Below are positions 16,988 through 24,000 of a stretch of 24,000 nucleotides of DNA, in pieces; positions within the stretch are counted from its first letter, which is position 1, and each line of letters begins with the position of its first letter. The notes beneath the pieces were generated by a model. That model saw nothing but the letters and a program-made list of their open reading frames with translations, did no database searches and was not told the DNA's origin. Origin of the DNA: Pontibacterium sp. (lineage in GTDB: Bacteria > Pseudomonadota > Gammaproteobacteria > Pseudomonadales > Balneatricaceae); contig JBMYSW010000013.1 of NCBI GenBank assembly GCA_049603715.1, positions 66,217 through 90,216 of the forward strand, given 5' to 3'. The position numbers and the translations under genes were made by a program.

Positions 16988-18088
16988 ATGCGTAGACCGA
17001 TTCGGGTTGCAATTACAGGTGCTGCTGGCAGCATAGCGAGTTACTTACTACTAAAAATTGCCGCGGGCGAGATGTTTGGTAAAGACCAGCCGGTGATTTT
17101 GCAGTTAATAGAAATTCCCCAAGCAATGGATGCCTTAATGGGCATGGCGATGGAGCTGGAAGACTGTGCGTTTCCGCTCTTGCACACCATCACCCTGCAC
17201 GACAATGTGGAGGAAGGGTTTAACAACGTTCACTACGCTTTGTTAATTGGTGCCACACCACGTCGCCCAGGTATGGAGCGAAGTGACTTGCTTGAGAAAA
17301 ATGCAGCGATTTTTGCCAAACAAGGCAAGGCGCTTAACGATTTTGCTAACCGCGATGTAAAAGCCCTGATTGTTGGCAACCCTGCCAATACTAATGCGCT
17401 GGTGGCGGCACGCAATGCACCGAACCTTAGCCCTTCTCAATTTACAACGCTTACGCGTTTAGACCAAAATCGTGCCATTGGCATTTTGGCCAACCATACG
17501 GGTATTAACCCCAAAGACATTGATGGCGTAATTATTTGGGGCAACCACAGTAAAACCCAATTCCCAGACTTGCACCAAGCAACGTTATACGGCCAACCTG
17601 CCATGCCGGCGATTCCTATGGATTGGTACACCGAAACCTATATGCCTGCGATTCAGGAGCGGGGTGCGGCGATTTTAGACAAGCGCGGTGTTTCAAGTGC
17701 GCCTTCGGCAGCACAGGCGATTGTCGATCATATGCGTGATTGGGCGTTGGGTACTGGGCCTGGCAAAATTGTAAGTATGGGTATCGCCAGTGATGGTAGT
17801 TACGGCGTAGCAAAGGGAATTTATTACTCCTTCCCTGTACGTTGTGATTACGGACGTTATCAAATCGTTCAGGGGCTGGAGCTAAATGCTTTTCAAAAAG
17901 ACATGCTTAAAGCCACAGAAACAGAGCTGCTTGAAGAAAAAGCCGATGTTGAAAAGCTGTTGCCGAGCGAAACGGCACAACGACATGAGCAGCTAAGTAT
18001 TTGCTTGAAGTCTGGTGTTACCCTGTATGCAGACGATACCGGCCCAGAAGAGTCGCGTAAGTATTTACGAATGAACCGAGTGATGTAG
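16988..18088 (+). CDS. mdh: malate dehydrogenase, long 'LDH-like/cytosolic-type' family, with a C-terminal extension
   Basis: [55 protein letters not shown] (both substrate Arg residues present) and IWGNHS (catalytic His). The canonical fold ends near VEKLL (about residue 325), and 41 further residues follow. Confidence 0.9.
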   Translation: MRRPIRVAITGAAGSIASYLLLKIAAGEMFGKDQPVILQLIEIPQAMDALMGMAMELEDCAFPLLHTITLHDNVEEGFNNVHYALLIGATPRRPGMERSDLLEKNAAIFAKQGKALNDFANRDVKALIVGNPANTNALVAARNAPNLSPSQFTTLTRLDQNRAIGILANHTGINPKDIDGVIIWGNHSKTQFPDLHQATLYGQPAMPAIPMDWYTETYMPAIQERGAAILDKRGVSSAPSAAQAIVDHMRDWALGTGPGKIVSMGIASDGSYGVAKGIYYSFPVRCDYGRYQIVQGLELNAFQKDMLKATETELLEEKADVEKLLPSETAQRHEQLSICLKSGVTLYADDTGPEESRKYLRMNRVM

Positions 18089-18117
18089 ATAGCCATAACC
18101 AAGGCTGCACATTAAAG

Positions 18118-18144
18118 GCGAGGGCAAATGCTCTCGCTTTTTTT
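18118..18144 (+). terminator. putative intrinsic terminator after mdh
   Basis: GCGAG (18118-18122) pairs with CTCGC (18133-18137), followed by seven Ts. The stem is short. Confidence 0.5.
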
Positions 18145-18166
18145 ATGGGCCGATGGGCGGGGGGAG

Positions 18167-18346
18167 CTATTTACCCGCGTTGGCTTTTGCTTCTTCGAGT
18201 TTTTTGTAAACGGCTTGTGCTTGTGCTGTAAGCTCGCCATACCCCTCAATGTCGCCGTTGCGTTGGGCATTCATGGCTAGGGTCAATAAGGCGTTATATT
18301 CCTTATCAAGTGCTTTTATTGGGTCTTTTTTAAAGAGTGAAAACAT
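18167..18346 (-). CDS. small DUF6435 / Lacal_2735-like protein (59 aa, below the ORF-track cutoff)
   Basis: The reverse-strand translation is MFSLFKKDPIKALDKEYNALLTLAMNAQRNGDIEGYGELTAQAQAVYKKLEEAKANAGK. The MFS-FKKDP...AQRNGDI.GY pattern matches my memory of that small-protein family. Confidence 0.6.
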   Translation of the reverse strand: MFSLFKKDPIKALDKEYNALLTLAMNAQRNGDIEGYGELTAQAQAVYKKLEEAKANAGK

Positions 18347-18566
18347 AGTGTCATAGCGCCCTTGTATACATTAAGCATGGATGCTGTTGTTGTACGGAGC
18401 TGAGCGAGGCCAGATCATCATCGCTTGGGTTTGTTAGGCAGTAAAAAATATTTTAACTTTTGGAAACACGGCCGTTATATTTAAACTGTTGTTTAAATTT
18501 TCTCACCATTTTGAAATGAGTGGCGGATATAGGTTTCCGCAGTTAATCGTAAAATAGGACTTTCCG

Positions 18567-18797
18567 ATGATCCCTGCAAAATTTACCCCGTACGTATTCT
18601 CTTTGTTGATGGCGTTTTTTATGTCGAGCATTATGTCGTTTGTGGTAACGACATGTAACGTAGGCTTTGTGCCTGAGTTGCTCGATATTTGGTTTGATGC
18701 GTGGCAGTTTGCCATTGCAGTGGCGATACCAACCATTTTTGTTGTGTCGCCTTGTGTACGCAAATTAGTAGGCGTGTTAACCGAACAGCCTGCTTGA
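18567..18797 (+). CDS. DUF2798-type small membrane protein (paralog 2)
   Basis: 76 aa, MIPAKFTPYVFSLLMAFFMSSIMSFVVTT...WFDAWQFAIAVAIP. It is collinear with paralog 1, at roughly 40-50% identity by eye. Confidence 0.7.
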   Translation: MIPAKFTPYVFSLLMAFFMSSIMSFVVTTCNVGFVPELLDIWFDAWQFAIAVAIPTIFVVSPCVRKLVGVLTEQPA

Positions 18798-18807
18798 GTC
18801 CTCAAAA

Positions 18808-18837
18808 TACCCATTCGCACCTGATGGCGAATGGGTA
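18808..18837. terminator. hairpin between convergent genes (DUF2798 paralog 2 and cry)
   Basis: TACCCATTCGC / 8-nt loop / GCGAATGGGTA forms an 11-bp stem. Flanking U-runs are weak on both strands. Confidence 0.45.
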
Positions 18838-18844
18838 GGCTCGG

Positions 18845-20206
18845 CTAGATTGGCCAGTCTGCGGCGTCTACCGTATCAATAGACGCTCGCCCTTGTGCGG
18901 TTTGTTGGTAGGAAGGACCTAACCAACGCCGCTGAAACTCGCCCTCTGGGTCGTGTTCTTTGGTTTGTTTTTCGATGTTAAAGTGCCTGCCCCCGCGCGG
19001 GTCTGCGCCAACACCCGCAATGTACTGCCAGTTTCCCCAGTTACTTCCCACTTCGTAATCCAGCAACTGCTGCTCAAAATAAGCAGCACCACAGCGCCAA
19101 TCCAGCTGTAGCTCATTGATAAGGCAACTTGCGACGATTTGTCGGCCACGGTTGGACATAAAGCCTGTGGCATTTAGCTCCTTCATGCAGGCATTCACTA
19201 ATGGCCATGGCGTCTCGCCGGCGCACCATTGTTTGAATCGTTGCGGGTAAAAGCTCGTGAGGAGCTTTTTGTTTTGCTCACCACCGAATAAAAACAGGCT
19301 GGCCTGCTGGTGACGAGCTAACCAAAAAAAGTACTCCCGCCATAACAGCTCAAAGTAAATCCATTCGGTCGAGTCGTTTGCGCCGTGTAGTTGCTCGTAG
19401 TGTTTGAGTGCATCGTAGGTTTTTCGCACCGACAAGCTACCATTGGCTAACCAAATAGATAGCTTGGTGGACTGGCTCCAGCCTTGAAGCGCATTGCGGG
19501 TTTGTTTGTAGCTGCTGGGAGCGTCGCTGGCAAAGTAGTCGGCCAAGTGGGCTAGCCCTGCGGCTTCTCCGCCTTCAATCTGGCCTTGGGTGTGTGTGGC
19601 AGGTGTATATTCCTGCAACAGGGTATTAGCCAGTGCGCCTATCTCGATCTCTGTAGGCGCAGGGAGGTACAGGGGCTTTTGCTCAGGCGCAACAGGTAAC
19701 AAGTGGCTAACCTGTTTACGAAATTTTGAAAAGCTTTGCGGAAACGGCGAGAAGTCTGGCAGCTGTGCCAGGTTAAATAAGGTATGGCTGTCTTCTTCCT
19801 CAAAGCTCAAGTTGGGGCGATGCGGCTCAACCGCTTGCTGAATCTTTTGCCAAGCTTGCTGCTCATAAAGGCCTGACCTGCGGCTGCGAACGACGCGATC
19901 AAATTTGTTATTTAAGAGCAATGTGGTGATGGCTTGGCTGGCCGGGCCGGTAATAAGCTGTAAGCGTTGACCAAAGCCTCGGAGTTGTTGGCTTAGCCTG
20001 TGAAGCGTGGCGAGCATAAATTCATGTCGCTTTTTACTCATGGCGGTGGTGCCAAAGGCATTGGCTTTGTCCCACCTTGGCTCTACGCAGAAAACGCAGG
20101 TGAGCGTTTTAGAGGTCTGCGCTGCCTTTAACAAGGCGGGGTTGTCGTGTACGCGTAAATCGTCGGTAAACCAAAAAAGTGTATTTGCCATAATCGCCTT
20201 ACCCAT
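18845..20206 (-). CDS. cryptochrome-DASH / deoxyribodipyrimidine photolyase family protein
   Basis: N-terminal LFWFTDDLRVHDNPAL. C-terminal FAD-binding signatures GFMSNRGRQIVASCL, DYEVGSNWGNWQYIAGVGADPRGGRHFNIEKQ and HDPEGEFQRRWL. The alternative start at 20191 (MANTLFWF) has AAGG upstream and may be the true start. Confidence 0.85.
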   Translation of the reverse strand: MGKAIMANTLFWFTDDLRVHDNPALLKAAQTSKTLTCVFCVEPRWDKANAFGTTAMSKKRHEFMLATLHRLSQQLRGFGQRLQLITGPASQAITTLLLNNKFDRVVRSRRSGLYEQQAWQKIQQAVEPHRPNLSFEEEDSHTLFNLAQLPDFSPFPQSFSKFRKQVSHLLPVAPEQKPLYLPAPTEIEIGALANTLLQEYTPATHTQGQIEGGEAAGLAHLADYFASDAPSSYKQTRNALQGWSQSTKLSIWLANGSLSVRKTYDALKHYEQLHGANDSTEWIYFELLWREYFFWLARHQQASLFLFGGEQNKKLLTSFYPQRFKQWCAGETPWPLVNACMKELNATGFMSNRGRQIVASCLINELQLDWRCGAAYFEQQLLDYEVGSNWGNWQYIAGVGADPRGGRHFNIEKQTKEHDPEGEFQRRWLGPSYQQTAQGRASIDTVDAADWPI

Positions 20207-20491
20207 ATTCGCTTAATGGGGCTGAATTGAATCTATATTCGTTTAACATGCAAATATTAGTTGCACAGTTACTGAGGTTATTTTATTGCTCTAAAACTCG
20301 CGTTTTACGGATTTTTTTAATGATTGGTTTTTTATAGTAGTATTTATTTTTTTAGCCGTATTTAGAGGAGTTAAACGAGATATTGGCATGGTTTTTTGAA
20401 ACTCATGCAATGGTACTAGGCTCTGATATTAAACTTGAGGTGTAATGATTAATTCGTTTTACTGTTTGTAACGTAACTGATGGAGAAACGC

Positions 20492-21991
20492 ATGAATCGT
20501 GCTTTTTTAAAACAGGTTAACGATCCTTTCCTTTTAAGATTTATATCTACTCCTCGATTTTTACAGCTCTCTTTTTATACCGATTTATTAGTGACCCTTG
20601 CCTTCGTGGCTGTAATTGCCTTTACCAGTTTGAGCAGCCTGTCGGCGCATGCGGTAGAAGAGGGTAGTGCTACTGCGGCAGTGACTGAAACCTCAGTTAA
20701 TCCAGCGCAAAGCGCTGCTACTCCCTCGCCTGAAGGCGAGGGTAATATGAGTAATGCAGTCCTCGACGTCGCCGAGGCTTTTGCGATTGATGATGACCTC
20801 AAGGCCCTGACGGATCAATATGATGCTTTTTTAGCCAATATTGGCTTGAGCGATAATGTGTTTGGTGCGCTGGTTGCGACATTGGCTTTTGTCGTTGCGT
20901 TTCTTGTAGCACGACTTTTTATTGCGTTTTCGTTACGTTCATTAAAGAAATGGGTGTTGGGGTTTAAACATCGTTTACAGCTGAGCGAAGGACGCATTGA
21001 TTTTTATTACTCAGCATTAACGTTGGTTTCTAGCTTAATTTTATTTTGTTTAATGCTCGTTAGTGTTTTGAATGTATGGGATGTAGATCTGTCATTTCTA
21101 TCGTCCGATAGTATTCAGAATATTACCGCAGGCCTCGTATCAATATTATTTATTATTGCCCTAGGTATTGTGGCGGTTGAGGTGGCCAGCGGCCTTATCA
21201 ATATTTATTTTGATAAGCAGCCGTTGAGTGAGTCGCGTATTAGTACGCTTAAGCCTATCGCTAAAAACACCATATTGGCCCTAATCTTTTTCACCTTTGG
21301 TATGGCTGCACTTTCGCAGTTGGGTATCGACATTCTGCCGCTATTGGCGGGTGCTGGTGTATTAGGTATCGCCATTGGTTTTGGTGCACAGTCGTTAGTT
21401 AGCGACATCATCACGGGTTTTATCATCATTCTTGAAGACTTAATCCAAGTGGGCGATGTGGTTACGCTTAATGACCGAACAGGTGCCATTGAGCGCATTA
21501 CGGTACGTAAAGTTCAAATGCGGGCCTTTGACGGTACGGTCTTTACCATTCCGTTTGGCCAAATCAGCATTGTCGAAAACCATACCAAGCTATTCAGCTA
21601 TTACGTGTTTGAAGTAGGCGTGGCGTACCGCGAAGACGTAAACGAAGTCATGGCGCTGCTTAAAGACCTCGGTAAAGCCTTGCGTGCAGACGATGAGTTC
21701 AGCGATGCGATTATGGACGACCTTGAAGTATTTGGTGTCGACCAACTGGCCGACAGTGCCGTGGTCATTAAGGCGCGTATCAAAACCAAAGCGAAGCAGC
21801 AGTGGAGTGTGGGCCGAGAATTTAACCGTCGTATGAAGATGGCCTTTGATGAGCACAACATCGAGATCCCATTCCCACACCAAACCATTTACATGGGCGA
21901 GCCCAAGTTGGGCAAAGCGCCTGCACTTAATGTGGATGTTTCGGGTACGCCAACCACCAAGGTTGAAGCTAAACCAACGAATATTCAGTAA
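20492..21991 (+). CDS. MscS-family mechanosensitive ion channel protein
   Basis: The pore and beta-domain signature is GAGVLGIAIGFGAQSLVSDIITGFIIILEDLIQVGDVVTLNDRTGAIERITVRKVQMRAFDGTVFTIPFG. There are several upstream TM helices and an N-terminal signal-like segment. The ATG at 20492 has GGAG 6 nt upstream, whereas the track start at 20480 has no SD. Confidence 0.85.
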   Translation: MNRAFLKQVNDPFLLRFISTPRFLQLSFYTDLLVTLAFVAVIAFTSLSSLSAHAVEEGSATAAVTETSVNPAQSAATPSPEGEGNMSNAVLDVAEAFAIDDDLKALTDQYDAFLANIGLSDNVFGALVATLAFVVAFLVARLFIAFSLRSLKKWVLGFKHRLQLSEGRIDFYYSALTLVSSLILFCLMLVSVLNVWDVDLSFLSSDSIQNITAGLVSILFIIALGIVAVEVASGLINIYFDKQPLSESRISTLKPIAKNTILALIFFTFGMAALSQLGIDILPLLAGAGVLGIAIGFGAQSLVSDIITGFIIILEDLIQVGDVVTLNDRTGAIERITVRKVQMRAFDGTVFTIPFGQISIVENHTKLFSYYVFEVGVAYREDVNEVMALLKDLGKALRADDEFSDAIMDDLEVFGVDQLADSAVVIKARIKTKAKQQWSVGREFNRRMKMAFDEHNIEIPFPHQTIYMGEPKLGKAPALNVDVSGTPTTKVEAKPTNIQ

Positions 21992-22079
21992 CCCAACCCC
22001 TAGCTCCAGGTAAGCCATGCGCTTATCTGGGATGCCTTGTTCCACTTATTAACTTGAGCTCTGCTCAAAGGAGACAACC

Positions 22080-22331
22080 ATGGACATTTCAGGCTTAATC
22101 GGATTTTTAATTATTGGTGCAATTGCCGGCTGGTTAGCCGGTAAAATTATGAAAGGCGATGGCTTTGGCCTACTCGGCAACATGGGTGTCGGTATTGTCG
22201 GTGCGGTGATTGGCGGCTTTGTGTTTGGCTTGGTGGGCCTTACTGCGGGTGGTTTTGTTGGCTCGCTGGTGACCGCAACTGTGGGTGCGGTGATTCTGCT
22301 CTACTTAGTAGGCGTGTTAAAACGAGCGTAA
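22080..22331 (+). CDS. GlsB/YeaQ/YmgE (transglycosylase-associated) family small membrane protein
   Basis: 83 aa, Gly-rich and hydrophobic: GFLIIGAIAGWLAGKIMKGDGFGLLGNMGVGIVGAVIGGFVFG. The RBS AAGGAG is present. Confidence 0.8.
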   Translation: MDISGLIGFLIIGAIAGWLAGKIMKGDGFGLLGNMGVGIVGAVIGGFVFGLVGLTAGGFVGSLVTATVGAVILLYLVGVLKRA

Positions 22332-22351
22332 TTTACAAAGTATTCCTAATT

Positions 22352-22389
22352 AAAACCGCCACGTGTATTAACTTACACGTGGCGGTTTT
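22352..22389. terminator. bidirectional intrinsic terminator between the glsB-like gene and intI
   Basis: AAAACCGCCACGTGTA / TTAACT / TACACGTGGCGGTTTT forms a 12-bp GC-rich core, with an A-run on the left and a T-run on the right. Confidence 0.75.
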
Positions 22390-23355
22390 TTATAAATCAG
22401 ATAGCGGGCTTACCACCACTCGACCGTGCCCCTTGAGTACATGAGTATAAATTTGGGTGGTTTTTACATCAGTATGGCCCAGCTGAGCTTGTACGGTACG
22501 AATGTCGGCACCGCGCTCAAGTAGGTGAGTGGCAAAGCTATGCCGTAAGCTATGGCAAGAGGCCGCTTTGTGGATGTTGGCTCGTTGCACTGCCTTTTTA
22601 ACGGCACGCTGAACACTTTGCTCTGATATGTGATGGCGTCGCTCGACACTACCTTCACGGTGATCGATAGAGCGTAAATGTGCCGGAAAGAGATATTGCC
22701 ATGCCAAGGCTTTCGGCGCACTTTGGTATTTTTTAGCCAAGGCCGTGGGCATATATACACCTTGCCAACCTTCAAAATTTAGGTCGTCTTGCCAATACAG
22801 CCTAACTTGCTCTAACTGTTGCTCTATCAACGGCACACAAGACTCAGCCAAGGTCGTCACTCGGTGCTTGCCACCTTTCCCTTCGTAAACATTAACCGAT
22901 AGCTGCTCCAAGTCGACATCTTTTACCCGTAGTCGACAAGCTTCCATTAAGCGCAAGCCCGAGCCATACATGAGTAGGGCACATAATCGCTGTACACCTT
23001 GCATTTCGTCGAGCAGAGCACGAACCTCACGTCGCGTAAGCACCACGGGGAGTTTGGCCTGCCGTTTAGAGCGGGTAAAGTTGGGTAGCTCGAAGGCGTC
23101 GTGGCCAAAGTAATTTTTATAAAGGTACGCTAGGGCATTAAGCGCCGTTTTTTGTGTAGAGGGTGAGACGTCTCGTTTTACCGCCAAATACTCTAAGTAG
23201 GTAACCACGTGCTTAGGCGTAAGTTGCGCGGGGTGTTGGCGCTGGTGGAAGCGAATGAAATCGAGTATCCAATAGATGTAGGTTTGCTCGGTACGTTTTG
23301 CATAGTTACGCGCGCGCAGATGATCGCGCACCGACTGAATGAAAGGAGAGGCCAT
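22390..23355 (-). CDS. intI: integron integrase (IntI-type tyrosine recombinase)
   Basis: 321 aa. The tyrosine-recombinase catalytic set is present: GLRLMEACRLR, HSLRHSFATHLL, LGHTDVKTT and IYTHV. It also has the IntI-specific extra segment between them (PTALAKKYQSAPKALAWQYLFPAHLRSIDHREGSVERRHHISEQSVQRAVKKAV). The ORF appears intact. Confidence 0.9.
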   Translation of the reverse strand: MASPFIQSVRDHLRARNYAKRTEQTYIYWILDFIRFHQRQHPAQLTPKHVVTYLEYLAVKRDVSPSTQKTALNALAYLYKNYFGHDAFELPNFTRSKRQAKLPVVLTRREVRALLDEMQGVQRLCALLMYGSGLRLMEACRLRVKDVDLEQLSVNVYEGKGGKHRVTTLAESCVPLIEQQLEQVRLYWQDDLNFEGWQGVYMPTALAKKYQSAPKALAWQYLFPAHLRSIDHREGSVERRHHISEQSVQRAVKKAVQRANIHKAASCHSLRHSFATHLLERGADIRTVQAQLGHTDVKTTQIYTHVLKGHGRVVVSPLSDL

Positions 23356-23534
23356 CCGTAGTGTCTCCGTTGCTTTGTGGTAGAGGGTTGGATAAAGTTT
23401 GACCTATTGCTACCGCTGATCGCAATTGGGAAAAGGGAGTTTTACAGGTTGTTGCAGCGGGTATTTCCCCATGCCGTATGTCGTTACTCTGTTTAGAATT
23501 TGTTTAAAGTGCAAAAAAGGTATACTTTTTACAT
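23356..23534. other. intI-cassette intergenic region expected to hold attI, PintI and Pc
   Basis: The call is positional, based on the divergent intI and first cassette-like genes. One GTTRRRY match is present (GTTGGAT, 23387-23393), along with weaker GTT cores at 23483, 23491 and 23502. The exact crossover point cannot be fixed by eye. Confidence 0.4.
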
Positions 23535-23804
23535 ATGATCTTTGAGTTCGATGAAGCTAAAAGTCATGTAAACCTAAACAAACACGGTATCGACTTTCTG
23601 CAAGCCCAAAGGCTCTGGCGCGATGAACGGCTGCTAGAGATTCCTGCTAAAACAGAAGATGAGCCTCGATTTGTGGTTATTGGAAAGATAGGCGTTAAGC
23701 ATTGGACGGCCGTGATTACGTATCGCGGAGTAAATGTTCGGCTTATTTCTGTAAGGCGTTCGAGAAAAGCGGAGGTAGCTCTGTATGAAAGCGAAAGCAT
23801 TTGA
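23535..23804 (+). CDS. brnT: BrnT-family (DUF497) ribonuclease toxin
   Basis: 89 aa, FEFDEAKSHVNLNKHGIDFLQAQRLW...EPRFVVIGKI...VRLISVRRSRKAEVALYE, which matches the DUF497 pattern (F.WD..K...N..KHG..F..A...F, iR.IS.R.a...E...Y). It overlaps the next gene by 20 nt. Confidence 0.8.
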   Translation: MIFEFDEAKSHVNLNKHGIDFLQAQRLWRDERLLEIPAKTEDEPRFVVIGKIGVKHWTAVITYRGVNVRLISVRRSRKAEVALYESESI

Positions 23805-24000
23805 TAAAGCTTTTGATGATGGTGAAGACATTACCGAACACTTGGATTTGGCTGCAAGCAAGCGCCCTCAGCAAAAGCAAAAGCACGTTAATGTCGACTT
23901 TCCTACTTGGATGATAGAGTCGCTTGATCGCGAAGCCCAACGAGTGGGTGTTACCCGCCAATCGATCATCAAAGTATGGTTAGCTGAGCGGCTAGAGCAG
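23785..24000 (+). CDS. brnA: BrnA/CopG-like antitoxin, 3'-truncated by the window edge (not in the ORF track)
   Basis: The ATG at 23785 translates as MKAKAFDKAFDDGEDITEHLDLAASKRPQQKQKHVNVDFPTWMIESLDREAQRVGVTRQSIIKVWLAERLEQ and is open to position 24000. This is the typical DUF497 partner pattern (FD.GEDI...LD, VNVDFP.WM...LD.EA.R.GV.RQS.IK.WL). Confidence 0.7.
   Translation, partial: MKAKAFDKAFDDGEDITEHLDLAASKRPQQKQKHVNVDFPTWMIESLDREAQRVGVTRQSIIKVWLAERLEQ

Larger units (their letters stand above)
22390..24000. mobile_element. left edge of an integron (intI - attI region - first cassette-like TA pair); the array presumably continues off-window
   Basis: An IntI-type integrase lies divergent from compact, promoter-proximal genes of a kind commonly carried as cassettes in chromosomal integrons. 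No attC site falls inside the window. Confidence 0.7.

Noticed and set aside
21590-22045. 151-aa and 95-aa minus-strand ORFs antisense to the MscS gene, plus similar shadow ORFs inside gdhB (e.g. 7345-7731, 8233-8661, 8878-9288), tnaA, tnaB, mdh and intI
   Set aside because: All are nested in or opposite strongly supported genes. None has family signatures or a ribosome-binding site.
1-24000. Scan for CRISPR repeats, tRNA/rRNA genes, IS elements with terminal inverted repeats, and attC sites
   Set aside because: No regularly spaced direct repeats, no tRNA-like T-arm/acceptor patterns, no transposase ORFs, and no attC-like imperfect palindromes were seen within the window. attC sites would be expected only beyond 24000.

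Overview
The window reads as a mostly ordinary chromosomal stretch from a gammaproteobacterium. The marine-type affiliation is inferred from gene content only, since no search was possible. I found no rRNA, tRNA, CRISPR array or IS element.

Left to right:
(1) A tightly packed five-gene signalling operon at 328-5888. It encodes REC-PAS-GGDEF(degenerate)-EAL, pseudo-receiver-HDOD, a CheY-like protein, a CheC-family phosphatase and a cytoplasmic PAS histidine kinase. The last three genes are joined by ATGA start/stop overlaps.
(2) The giant, roughly 1600-aa NAD-specific glutamate dehydrogenase gene.
(3) A visibly AT-rich spacer followed by a tryptophanase operon. It has a recognisable but unannotated TnaC-type leader peptide, tnaA that looks very E. 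coli-like by eye, tnaB, and an appended YoaB/RidA-family gene.
(4) A LysR-type regulator interrupted by one in-frame TAA, divergent from an ABM monooxygenase gene.
(5) A long-type malate dehydrogenase with a roughly 41-aa C-terminal tail. It is bracketed by two DUF2798 paralogs and sits next to an untracked 59-aa DUF6435-like gene.
(6) Genes for cryptochrome-DASH/photolyase, an MscS-family channel and a GlsB/YeaQ-type small membrane protein.
(7) At the right edge, an integron integrase (minus strand), an attI-type intergenic region and a first cassette-like brnT/brnA toxin-antitoxin pair that runs off the window.

The integron edge, the tnaC-tnaA-tnaB-rid arrangement and the non-chemotaxis CheY/CheC/HK/c-di-GMP module are the items most worth follow-up. 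I see no clearly novel multi-gene system such as a defence island inside the window. Any accessory cargo is expected beyond 24000. All family assignments come from motif recognition by eye.
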